Origin: Takakia lepidozioides
Taxonomy: Eukaryota; Plantae; Bryophyta
Reading direction: 5' to 3'
Assembly: GCA_030704615.1 (NCBI GenBank)
Contig: CM060733.1
Span: 2,170,001-2,234,000, forward strand
DNA length: 64,000 nucleotides
The position numbers and the translations under genes are program-made. This document shows, one piece after another, positions 52,886 through 64,000 of this stretch (positions are counted from its first letter, which is position 1; every line of letters begins with the position of its first letter). The notes beneath the pieces are model-generated. The model made no database searches and was not told where the DNA came from. It was given only the letters and a program-made list of their open reading frames with translations.

Positions 52886-55800
52886 CAGCAAGGGACGGTG
52901 GGGTTGGACCATTAGAATGCCCATTGTACATCACGTCGCCCCTGCCACCACGACCTTCTCTGGCCCCATAGTAATTAGGTCGAGGATAAAAGCCACTGGG
53001 TTGGTCATAGAACTGACCCCCACGCCCCCTCCATTTGAATACATGCCGCCTCGGCCCCCTGGGCTATTGAAGATCTAAACTGGGAGATAGCGAAAAGTAT
53101 ATGATCACACCATGACAGGTTCAAATGACTCGATGAAGGAGATTGATAGCAAAACACAATACAGTGTATATCGCACACATACTGTCAAAGAGAAGAAGAA
53201 TCACGGTATGTCATCTACATCTAAATACAGGCAGAGAGCGGGAGATCTAACCAACTACAAATTCAAAATGCTATTGCTTAGAGACTGCCAGCTGTGTGAC
53301 GGTTCGATGGACTGCACTGTCACCTGTCACTACTAGGTCTCTACTTGGTGTCACGTCACTGGTGGATTGCCACCTGTGACTATGACTAATCTACAGTAAT
53401 CTATTTCAACACTCCCACTTTATTATAGAATAGTCACCGATAATAGCTACTCAACCTCCCACTTCAGGGACTAGTCACTACGGTGAAGCAACAGGGACAA
53501 GATTGAGAAGGCTACGGAAATGTAAGAACTTCTCAGCAGTGAGTCCTTTCGTGAAAATGTCAGCGATTTGATCTCGTGTACTGACGTATATCATTGTAAT
53601 CTCCCCGCGTTCCTGAAATTCACGTAACATATGAAATTGTATGTCAATGTGCTTAGTACGCCGTTGAAACTCTGGATTCCACACCAGCCGAATCGCACTC
53701 TGATTATCACTGTGAAGAATGGTAGGCTTGGTCTGTGTAAACCCCAATTCATGAAGTAAACGGCGCAACCATACCACCTCTTTCGATACCAAACAAGCTG
53801 CAATGTACTCAGATTCTGTAGTCGATCCTGCAGTACAGATCTGTTTCCGAGACATCCAAGTAATCGGTCCTTGGTTCAAGAATAAAACACAACCCGTGCA
53901 TGACTTGCGGTCACTGGCATCTCCTGCATAATCTGCATCGCCATATGCTGTAAGAACATTGCCATTCTCTCCCCTTGTGTAACACAGAGCATAATGTGCT
54001 GATCCTCGCAAATACTTCAATATCCGCTTAACAACAGTGCAATGAATTCGCCGAGGATTTTTAGAAAATTGAGCCACATTGCTCACTGCATATGAAAGAT
54101 TAGGTCGAGATCCAATCATTGCAAACATGACACTGCCAACTATTTGCAGATAAGGAAATTCTGGCTCAGAGTCATTTGCATCATTCTCCGAGAGAGTATG
54201 CAGCTGAACATTAAGATCAAATGGGTACTGATAGGGTTGCAACTGGCAAACCCATACTTCCTGAGCACATGAAGAACATATTGGACTTGATCAATATTGA
54301 TAGATCGAAGCTCTCTGTTCCTCGAAATTTGGAGACCCACGTAGCAATCTGCTGGTCCTGCAGTGACCTCAAAGAAATTTCTAAGATGTGTGACCACATC
54401 GTTTGTCAACGAAGATAGTGACAAACAGCTTCGGTGATGTTTGACTATAATATACACAATGATCTGTTGAACATACTTTGAGATCATATTTCACTAAAGA
54501 CAGTCTTAATGTCGAACTGTAGCAACTCCAGATCCTCCTGTGCTGCTATGGCCAAGACAGTCCGAATAGACTCAAACTTCACGACTGGTGCAAAAGTCTC
54601 ACTATAAACAATTCCATGCTCTTGCGTAAAACCTTTGGCAACGACCCTGGCCTTGAACCGCTGAATTGATCCATCCTGATTGGGTTTGATTTTATACACC
54701 CATTTACACTTGACAAGTTTTCGATTGGGCGGTAAGTCAATCAAAATTCCATGTGCCGTTCTTTAGCAGTGAATTGTATTCTTTATGCATCGCAGCTGTC
54801 CATTCCGCATGATATTCTGATTTAACAGCTTCTTCATAAGTCTCTAGTTCACCATGGACCTGCATGATAGATTCGGTAAGAAACACAAATGAAGAATGTG
54901 TCCCTTTATCTGTAGCCCAGTCACCATAGTGTCGTGGTGCTCTTCACATTCGTTGTTCTCGCAGCACTGTTGCAACACCAGATGTTCCTTGGTTATGATT
55001 CTCTTCTGTATCAATTCCAAGGTCAACATGAATATTAACTCCAGGCTCTGATGCAATAGGGTTTGCAACTCCCACTGCTTCTTGCATATCTCCCACTTCT
55101 TGGGGTACTCCCACTGGTTGTGGTATATCTCCCACTTCTTGGGGTACTCCCACTGGTTGTGGTACATCTCCCATCGCTTCAAGATTGTCTTCCACTGGTG
55201 CAACAAATTGTGAAGGTTGAGATATTGTAGAATCTCCAACTAATGGAATAAAAAAACAACTCTGATTTGTCTCCTCCTTTGCGACGTCAATTGGCAGACT
55301 CATGAGATTGTCACCCTCATCAAATATCACGTCACGGCTGATAATGATTCTCTTTTTGTCTTGACTCCAGAGTATATATGCTTTTGACTCGGCACGATAT
55401 CCAACAAACGTACAGACCAAACTCTTTGAGTCCATTACAAGGTGTCTGTTCTTTCAAAACAGTTGTTCCTACTCGGTTCAGAATGTAAACAGATGTGGAT
55501 ACAACCTCTCCCCAGAAATGCAGACCTAAACCTTTTGCATGCATGCAACATAGATCCAGCACACTCAACAATGGTCCGGTTATCTCTCTCAGACACCCCG
55601 TTTTGCTCAGGCATATAAGGTGTCGTGAGTTCATGACGAATTCCAGTCTCTGCTAGATATTCCTTAAACATTTTGCTTGTAAACTCTCCGCCCCTATCTG
55701 TCCGGAACTTAACTATATCGTTGCCAGTCTCTCTTTTTGACTCTTCTCGCATTTTCTTGAAGGACTCAAAAGCATCACTCTTTGATTTAATGCAATAAAG

Positions 55801-56524
55801 AATCCTATAACCGCTATGATTATCTTTGAACGACACATAGTATAGAGCTCCCCCTAGAGACGACACACTCATGGGACCACAAATGTCTGCATGATAGAAT
55901 TTCCAAGGTTCCTTAACTCTCTCCCTCTCTTCATGAATTGGAAAACTCTTTCTACTGTTCTTACCAAAAGCACACCCAGCGTAAACCACAGGCTCTGTCT
56001 TTTGTTGTCACTTGTAGACTAGTGACAATCCCTTCTCTCCCCATTTTCTTGATGGTATCGAGACTGACATGACCAAGGCAATTATGCCATTGCTGTAAAT
56101 TCAATACAGCCTTGGATGATTTTTCTTCAGCAGCGGAATCTCCATTACAGCTTGGAATCATAGATGAAACGACTGGTGACAGATCATTGCTTTCAACAGC
56201 ATTTGCCTCGTAGGTAGGAAGTACAATTTTGATTTGTATATGCCACAATTGGCCTTCCTTTACCCCAGTCATCATCAATCTGCCTTCTGCACTTTGAGTG
56301 TAAAGTTTGCAACTCATTTTGTCAATCACCGCTACTATGCCTTTCTCCGTCATTTGTCATACGGACAACAAATTCTTCCGAACCTCTGGCACATACATGG
56401 CCTTCTTTATCACTTCGTTTTGCCAAGAACCATTGACAAGTGACATTATCTTTATGTCTCCCACTCCTGCTACCCAGATTAGGCAATCGTTGGCCACTCT
56501 TACTCCCCATCGCCCTGACTGTAT

Positions 56525-57654
56525 AACTACAGCAAATGGGGGAGGGGGTTTGCGACGCCAACCGTGCTGCGCGGTGCTGAGCCCACGACGCTTTTTTGCG
56601 ACACCCCGGTGTCGCAATCCCCCGCTGCGACGCCATTGCGACGCCCAGCCGTCGCAGGGTGGCATGAAGGGAGAAAAAGGGCCCTCGCTGCGACGGATTT
56701 TTTTTCTTGCGACGCCCTAGCGACGCAAATCCAATTTTTTTTTTAATAGGGCGTCGCAACAACATCATCACAATGAGAGTTTGTTTTTTTTTTTTTTTTT
56801 TGGGCTTTGCGGCCCTCAACTTTCGCTAGGGGCGCCCCGCGTTGGGATGGCCAACGCTGCGACGCCAGAGGTCGCAACGACATCGCCACAGGGGGTCGCA
56901 ATGGTGTTGTAGTCAACTTAGGTCATCACAAAGACGTCGCTTGGGGCGCCTGGCGGTGGGGGGGGTGCAACAACGGCGACGACGTTGGGGCTGGGGGTGG
57001 GGCTGGGCATTAAGGTTGTGGAGGTTGCAACTCCCAGGCGTCACAAGAGGGACCCCCTTAGAAGGAACTTGAAGAAAATCTTCATATGTAGATATATATA
57101 TATTTAGATTGCTTTTGTGATACATAGATGTAGCGTAGGTGTGTTGGTTAGTCTGTAGTGCCTTAGAAATGTTATAGCGTAGAGGTCTTAGGTTCAAGTA
57201 TGCATTGCATGATATATGTAGAACAATGAATATATCGCCATTTAGACAGAACCGGAGTCAATGGTCAACAAGTTTTTGAAATTCAAATTTCAAATTCAAA
57301 TTTTCCCGCCTAAATTCAAATGTACCCCCTTAAATTGCGATGTCCGGGCGTCGCACTTTGCGACCCCCGGACGGTGCTAATTCTGCAATGCAGAGTAGTT
57401 TTTTTTTTTTTTTTTTTGCGACTTCCGGGCATCGCAAATCGCGTCGATATCGCAAATCGTGGTTTCGCCTTTTAGCGACCCCCATTGGTCGCAAATTTGC
57501 GACGTTTTTTTTGGCGACGGGCTTGCGACGGGCTTGCGACACCCGAGCGTCGCAAATTTGGTTTCCCCCTTGCCCGAAAAGGGCTGTTTTACGACGCCGC
57601 GGCGTGCGTGAGGCGTGGCCCCGGCGTAAAAAACCCCCCCTTTTTCCTGTAGTG
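56525..57654. mobile_element. Non-autonomous CACTA (En/Spm) element nested in the Copia protease region
   Basis: Ends aACTACAgcaaatgggg / ccccctttttccTGTAGTG, with a 3-bp TSD TAT (56522-56524, 57655-57657) and dense gcgacg/cgtcgc subterminal repeats. Excision rejoins ...FHTMRKI|QSGRWGVRVAND. Confidence 0.92.
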
Positions 57655-58985
57655 TATTTTCCTCATTGTATGAAACCAATGTTTCTTATAAGTCATATGC
57701 TGAGTAGCTGCAGTGTCTGCATACCATGCTTCCTCATTGTTGATATGAGCATATGAGACTTCACTGACAATTCTTTCATTCCCAATTGTCTCGCCATGAA
57801 GATTCTCTTGAGTGACGATCTCATCTATAGTTACAAAGGCATCGGCCTCAACTATATGTGCCTGACTCTTTCCACTCCGGTTATCTTCTGATTTCTTGGG
57901 ATACGGACACTCCCTCGACCAATGTCCATGCCTACCACAGTTATGACAAGAAGTTCTCTTCTTGAGATCAATAAGTCTTTGAGCTCTCTTTGCTCTTTGT
58001 TCTGCTGACAATTCTCTCTTCTGACCAACTACCCCACTTGTTCGTCCTGCAAAGAACGCTTTATCTCCTTCAACATCAGTCAACCCGCTCTTCAGTTCAA
58101 TGACGATTCTCGCTTTAAGAACCTTGCCTGAAAAGCCTGGAAGGTTTGCTATGCTTGGGGTACACCATCCCACGCTAGTAAGAAAGGCTCATAACTTGGA
58201 GGGAGGCCTACCTTAATTTTTGTCATCAATTATCTCTCGCTTGCTACTTCACCAAGATCGCACAACTGACGTCTAAGAGCAGACAAAGTACTCACAAACG
58301 TACTAATATAATCACTCTCTTTCATTTGGCATCTAAAGAATTTCTCCTGCAGATGAATTACATTCTCTTCTGCTGACTGCTCCTGCACACTTTTGAGCAT
58401 GTTCCACATTTCTGCTGACGTGGTGCAATTCAACAATTGCTCCATGTGATGTTTGTCTACTGCACTCAACAACAACATCACCGCTCGGCAATCTTTGTTA
58501 TGCCAGGCTTCTTTGATCTGCAACGTCACTCAATGTTTCCTTGCCATTCACAATATTCCACAACCCCTTACCCTTGAGTATAAATCCCATCTGAAATTTC
58601 CATAAATGAAAACTTTCTCCCGTGAACTTTTCTATCCCTGACGTCTCTCGATCTCGGTTCTCACTAGTACTTATCTTTGCTAGACTTTATCATGCAACAC
58701 TAAAGCTCTGTGTGGGCCTATAACCTATTGAAGATCTAAAACTAGGAGATAATGAAAAGTATACGATCACACCATGACAGGTTCAAACGACTCGATGAAG
58801 GAGATCGATAGCAAAACACAATACAATGTATATCGCACATACCGTCAAAGAAAAGAAGAAACACGGTCTGTCATCTGCATCTAAATACAGGTAGAGAGCG
58901 GGAGATCTAACCAACTACAAATTCAAAATGCTATTGCTTAGAGACTGCCACCTGTGTGACGGTTCGATGGACTGCACTGTCGCCT

Positions 58986-61900
58986 CTAAATTTGGAGGTC
59001 TAGATCACTTACCTGCAATAAACCCCATTGCCTGTACCTACTTGCCGCTCCTCAAAACCTTGTACATCCTCAAACACATGCATATTACTATTAACACATC
59101 GCTACCTAACATTCAACTCCATACTTCACCCCTAGAAATAGCATAGGATACAAGTCCACAACAATGCCTCTTTGACCCAAATAGTAGACCCCACAAACAA
59201 ACCACCATAAAATTCTTTATGCAGTACAATATATCTACAATTTTGCAATTAACAGATGCAACTGGAACCAAGCTTATCAACCCACATGTTTTTTGCCTAA
59301 AATACCCTAGACCATTAACGCGTTCCCAACATATCCACTTACCTACAAACCATTTTTTGCTACCCCACAACCGCCTGCCAAAATAAGTGCCCCATAAACT
59401 GTGCGACTTCGCCCCATTATCCATGGAGCTTCTACCTCAGTACCGCTCCTAACCTACACGCCCCCCACTCGCTAGATTGTTTGTCGCCCCCATATCTCAT
59501 CCAAGAGCCGCTCAATTCATATCTGCCCAAACAAGGAGCCGCAAAAGAGGAAGAGTGAATCAGAACAACCCACAGGCCCCACTATGAAGCTTGAGAAAGA
59601 CAAGCAAGAAAAAGGCGTTAGGTACAAAATGAGAGCCCAGACAACCTCTTGATCTGCTAACAATCCAATTGTAACTGGGAAGGCAGGGACATAAAGCCGC
59701 AAACTGAAACCGCTGATCGCCTTACAACAAAGAAACAAAACCCAAAGAAAGGTATTACTACCGCCAGAACCATTAACTATTTAGCGCATATTCATAATCA
59801 ACATATTGCGGAACTGCAAACTTCTGACAAACGTTTCATTAGCCTACCAAGAAATGTATCCAACCTAAATATTTCTTTAGATGATGTTGTAACACGATAC
59901 ATTCGATATCTCTGCACCCACCCGAAAGATCCAGACCCACGCTGGCCTTGCCTACATATATGGACCACTAGGCTGCTACATTGGAAGCATATCACTTGCT
60001 AGATTGAACTGGCTATGGAATATGTCCTCATTTAAACCCCCTACCTAGCTTGCACCCCAGATCCCGCCAACATTTGAGACAAAAGTTTCCACACTCCTCC
60101 AGCGCTATGCTCAAGATTTGCCCCCCAAGTTGTCCAACCAAACAACCAACAAGCTCTCTCCTCTCTCGCACGTTTCCTTTCAACCTTATCCATGGTCCTC
60201 CTAGACTTTCTTACAACAGAACTTAAACTCACTCACTCATATTACTCTAACCCTCTCACATGCCCCATGGTGATGAAGAGTTACTCCAGCTTGTGTAACG
60301 CAGACCAGTGTTTTGGCTCTCTCGGCTTGGCCAGATCTCATCGTTGGCAATGTAGAGGATTTGCGCAACCCCCAGACTATAGTACAGCTACTGAAGCAAT
60401 CCATTGGGCAAGAATAGCTGCCCATATATCCGCAAAAGCCTTTACCATATTGTACATCCCGCACAACAATCACAATAACACTGATCACCCTATGCTGGCT
60501 AGCCCCCCCGGAATGTTCACATTTGCTATATTTGACCCACGTACGATCATCTATGAATCAACCCCACCATTATCAAAGTATATGAAATATCTAGAGCCAT
60601 CCCTAACTAAACTAGTCTATGTACACCACTCAGACAGCCCACGAATACCATGTACTTTCTTTTCACAATTAAAGCAAATACTAAACCAGTTGTTTGGCCC
60701 TCCTGCCATAGTCTATGAACCGCAACAAGTACCCCACATCTACCCTCGCATCAACCAAGACAAACCATGGAATCTGGCCACCCCACGACCACCTTGGTCA
60801 TCCCAACAACAACACCCATTCGGACAAATACCGGACTTTACAAACTTAGCCTCTTTAAAACCCTCCTCACCAATGTGTATATACAGATGGCTCCCTAAAA
60901 GATGCACATGCAGGGTATGGTACATACTCTCCCGATAACAATTCAAGAACATACAACCGTCTTCCAGGTCGTCAAAATATTTTACGTGCAGAACTCATGG
61001 CTATACATGATGCGTTGAAAGCACTACCATGTCATCCTGGTTCGACCAACTACTACCTCTTTACGGATAGCTTAGTCTCTTTGTATCTCCTCTCTAACCA
61101 AAACCTTAAACCCTCCTCTCAAATTCATCACCCTGACCTTCACCTCATTAAGGCCATAAAAGATACTGTACGCTCATCTCCAATACAAATTCATCTCCAC
61201 AAAGTCAGATCCCATATAGGTATCACGGGTAATGAGATAGCAGACGAACTTGCCCAACTTGGAACCATCCAACCTACTACTTACCCCACGACTGACCCTA
61301 TTCACCTGACACACATATCCATTCTGGCTGACATCCACTAAAGCTAGATTCCCGGACATAGCCCCCATTCGGGCCCTGCATGCATATATGAACTATGGAT
61401 CAAATCCATGCATCGCCCACCTATCTGAAACCCTACATATCCAAATGGGTTACGCCACCTCAGCTGTTCCATCATATATCACTTATGGAAATCTCCAAAA
61501 ATCACTGATGCCCAAATTAAACAAACGCTCCGATTTCGATACGGACAATACATGGCAATCAACGGCGTAATTTATTTTGGCCTCTATTATATCCTAACAA
61601 GCACTGCACGTTATGTTATTCCCAACCCCCCAACCTCGAGTGGACACATGGCCGCATCTTCTTCTCCACTGTAAACATCCCATTATCCATGGACTGCACA
61701 TTACTCGACATAATCAAGGAGTTTGGCACTCCATAAACTTCTTCTCACACACCCTAAAACTAGATGCTACAACCTCATTAATGCAGGCACATTTCAAGGT
61801 AGGCCACCGGACCACACAATATCTTCTTGGTTGCTACCATGTACATGCGCTAATCACCTATGCCTCTGTATGGCAAGATTATGTCCAGATATTCTTCTTG

Positions 61901-62390
61901 TCCAAGGACTCCCCATCTCGTCGGCAGCACCAATAGGTCCACTCCCCTCCCTCACTATCCACATCATTGAATTTACCTTCTGTCATGACAGAGATCTCGA
62001 CGAATCCATTATGTTCAAACGTGAGAAATACGAGCCCCTAGTTCTAGCCCTCCGTCAATATGGATGGAACACTGCCCCTCTGACAATTATCACTACTGGT
62101 GTCAGAGGGGGAGCTCACTGTCACAACAGTCTAATCCTAAAAGAAACCTTAAACTACCTCATAAATATACCACCCCCCTATTACGAACACTACACTTCAC
62201 GGCCATCACTTCATTAACATCCGTTATCCTCAACAAAAGAAAGATTGAAAGTGGCCAGCTTGCCGCTTAGTAACTGGTTCTTGTTACTATAGAGCCCACC
62301 CCCGAAAGGGGGCAACACCCACAGGGGGAAGAGGCTCTTATTTACACTAGCTTCGGCTGGCGTCATATATATATATATATATATATATAT
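58986..62390 (+). mobile_element. 5'-truncated non-LTR retrotransposon with RNase H + CCHC + restriction-like endonuclease (Dualen/RandI-like), inserted in the Copia 5' LTR
   Basis: RNase H: IYTDGS, ILRAELMAI, LFTDSL, KVRSHIGITGNEIADELA. Zinc motif and RLE: CTLC...DTWPHLLLHC...RHNQ, PDILL...IIEFTFC...KREKY. Ends in a (TA)n tail, after which the LTR resumes. Confidence 0.82.
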
Positions 62391-62449
62391 CACTACTTGG
62401 TGGACTGCCACATGTGACTAAGACTAATCTACAGTAATCTATGTCAACA

Positions 62450-63550
62450 TGGGCCACCAGGCCCATTAGGGTATCCACGACCACCGCCATTGCCTCTATA
62501 TCCTGCCATACCACGCCCCCTTACAGGAGATCCTGCTGCTGGATGGACCTGCTTATACCCCCCACCACTCCTTGGCACTCCGGCTGCGGATGGTGAGGAT
62601 GATGTGGGTAGTGATGATAATGCCCTGTGTTTGTGGCTGCTCCACTGCCTTCTCTTCCCCCACATCGGCAAATGCTTCCTACATTTGCATGAGGCTGCCC
62701 GAACTATCCACCCACCATCAACACCAGGACACCTAGTCAATTTTCTCTCTCCACCTCTCTGCAGTAAATAGAGATTGTAAGTGGCAGAAAGTACAGGATC
62801 AGATTTGGAGTGAGAGCACAAGGGATTATGCCGTATCGGTGTCGGGAGGTGATTAATTTGTCCCTGCTTGTTGGAAACATTACTGGGTTCAAGTACTCAG
62901 ACCACACCTGTGGTATTTCAGTGGCTGCCCCTGCACTGTCAGGAGAGAATGTTGTAGGAGTTCTGGCAGGTACTTCTCCATTGCTGCCTACCACCTCATA
63001 CTCGTACAGCTGTGCTCCTGCTGTCTGCTGCTCCTGTTCAAGCTCCATAAAAAACTCAGGAGTGAGCTCAGGTACCTGAATTGGTCAAACATTGCATTGG
63101 CAGGGAAACAGATGATCTATCCTTCCCTCAAGAAGACATCCCCAAGAACACATAACTATGTAGATAGACAGAAGCGTTGCACCAAAAGTACAGCCAAATA
63201 GATGGAACTGACAGATAATCATGCATTTTGTGCAACTAGAATGTTGAGCCCTAGCAAGCAAAAATTGGTAGGTGACTGACTAAGGACAGTCTCGTTACTT
63301 CAGATCAAACAGTCAGAAACAAAGGATCTGCACAATGATTTGCCTTTCAGAATCGCTGTAAAATACAACCAACCACCTGCTGAGAATAGTATGTAGGAGG
63401 AGCATATTGTTTTCCACTTCCTCGGTCGTGAGATACTGGCCAGCAGCTATGGCTGCAGCCGCAGCTGTTTGCAGGCTCACGGTTTGCAACTCTGGAGTCA
63501 TTGTGAAGTACTCAGATGAAAGGACCCTGTTCAACCTCTCCCTCAGCCGT
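62450..63550 (-). pseudogene. Glycine/RGG-rich caprin-like gene (resembling Arabidopsis At1g27090-type proteins), fragmentary; last exon continues at 52886-53064
   Basis: RLRERLNRVLSSEYFTMTPELQTV...AAAAA..GQY, an acceptor at ~63078, and an RGG tail RGRGMAGYRGNGGGRGYPNGPGGP. This resumes across the Copia TSD as GGRGGMYSNG..GQFYDQPSGFYPRPNYYG, with a frameshift. Confidence 0.65.
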
Positions 63551-64000
63551 GAGTCTTGTAACATTTTGTGTCAAGGCGCAACACTTTCAACCACCCAACA
63601 ATCCCCTGCGCTCAACACAACTGAGCATCATAGACATAATGCTCCAGGGTTCTTCAAACCATTGAATCGAAGTGGTCAAACATTTTACATCTAGGAAGAA
63701 TACCTCTCGCTCTGATCCGCCATTCGATCCTCCATTGACATAACCCTCCGGGCACATCCTTGAGATTGCTACGTAATCTACCCACAGTGGGCATATTATG
63801 CTACATTCCGGCTCATTTGAGATGTGCGAGAAGCGGTGAACGGGCGCGGCAAATTAGCTGCGCGCTGGCATCACACCAACAATGCTTGGTGGACACGTGG
63901 TGGCGGTTAACCTCCATGGGGTTCACATGAACTGTGCAGCGCTCGTCAATACTCCGTTGTGTACATCAGTCTAAGCCCCCGTCCCAGTGGCTTCCGCATC

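Larger units (their letters stand above)
53065..62449 (-). mobile_element. Ty1/Copia LTR retrotransposon, degenerate, with two nested insertions
   Basis: 5-bp TSD TGGGC at 53060-53064 and 62450-62454. LTRs at 53065-53411 and 58726-58985+62391-62449. PPT at 53412-53422. PBS ggttataggccca (copia half-tRNA-iMet type). Gag (CHNCGRHGHWSREC), PR (WYADTAATQHMT), INT (HADICGPM, TDRGGEF, NGVSERDNRT), partly deleted RT, RNase H (AYGDADYAGD). Confidence 0.95.

Noticed and set aside
56322-57756. Arg/Cys-rich ORFs in the GC-rich block
   Set aside because: They arise from CACTA subterminal repeats and contain no transposase motifs.
63550-64000. Possible TE truncating the RGG gene upstream
   Set aside because: No recognisable domain in any frame, and the window ends here.

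Overview
Eukaryotic, intron-containing land-plant DNA, most likely a non-seed plant such as a bryophyte (inferred from the PLS-PPR style and the TE types). One apparently intact host gene is present: a 13-exon BOR/HCO3- cotransporter-family boron transporter (30618-37729, minus). The rest is mostly decayed mobile DNA and pseudogenes. These include a cluster of broken PLS-class PPR copies, an FCP1/HAD-like phosphatase pseudogene, a near full-length L1-type LINE, nested TIR elements, an intron-containing Crypton-like tyrosine recombinase remnant and a truncated Ty3/Gypsy (LTR+gag). A TSD-flanked Ty1/Copia splits a glycine/RGG-rich gene and itself carries a CACTA element and an RNase H+RLE (Dualen/RandI-like) LINE. 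The standout is a Ty3/Gypsy retrotransposon (about 8978-13330) with a DNMT3-like C5-cytosine methyltransferase domain upstream of its RT/RNase H/integrase region and a PHD finger after the integrase, i.e. a chromatin writer plus reader in one element. A second retroelement, the Dualen-like LINE, carries a segment resembling the PCIF1/CAPAM adenine methyltransferase fold. All family assignments come from motif recognition by eye; no database searches were run.
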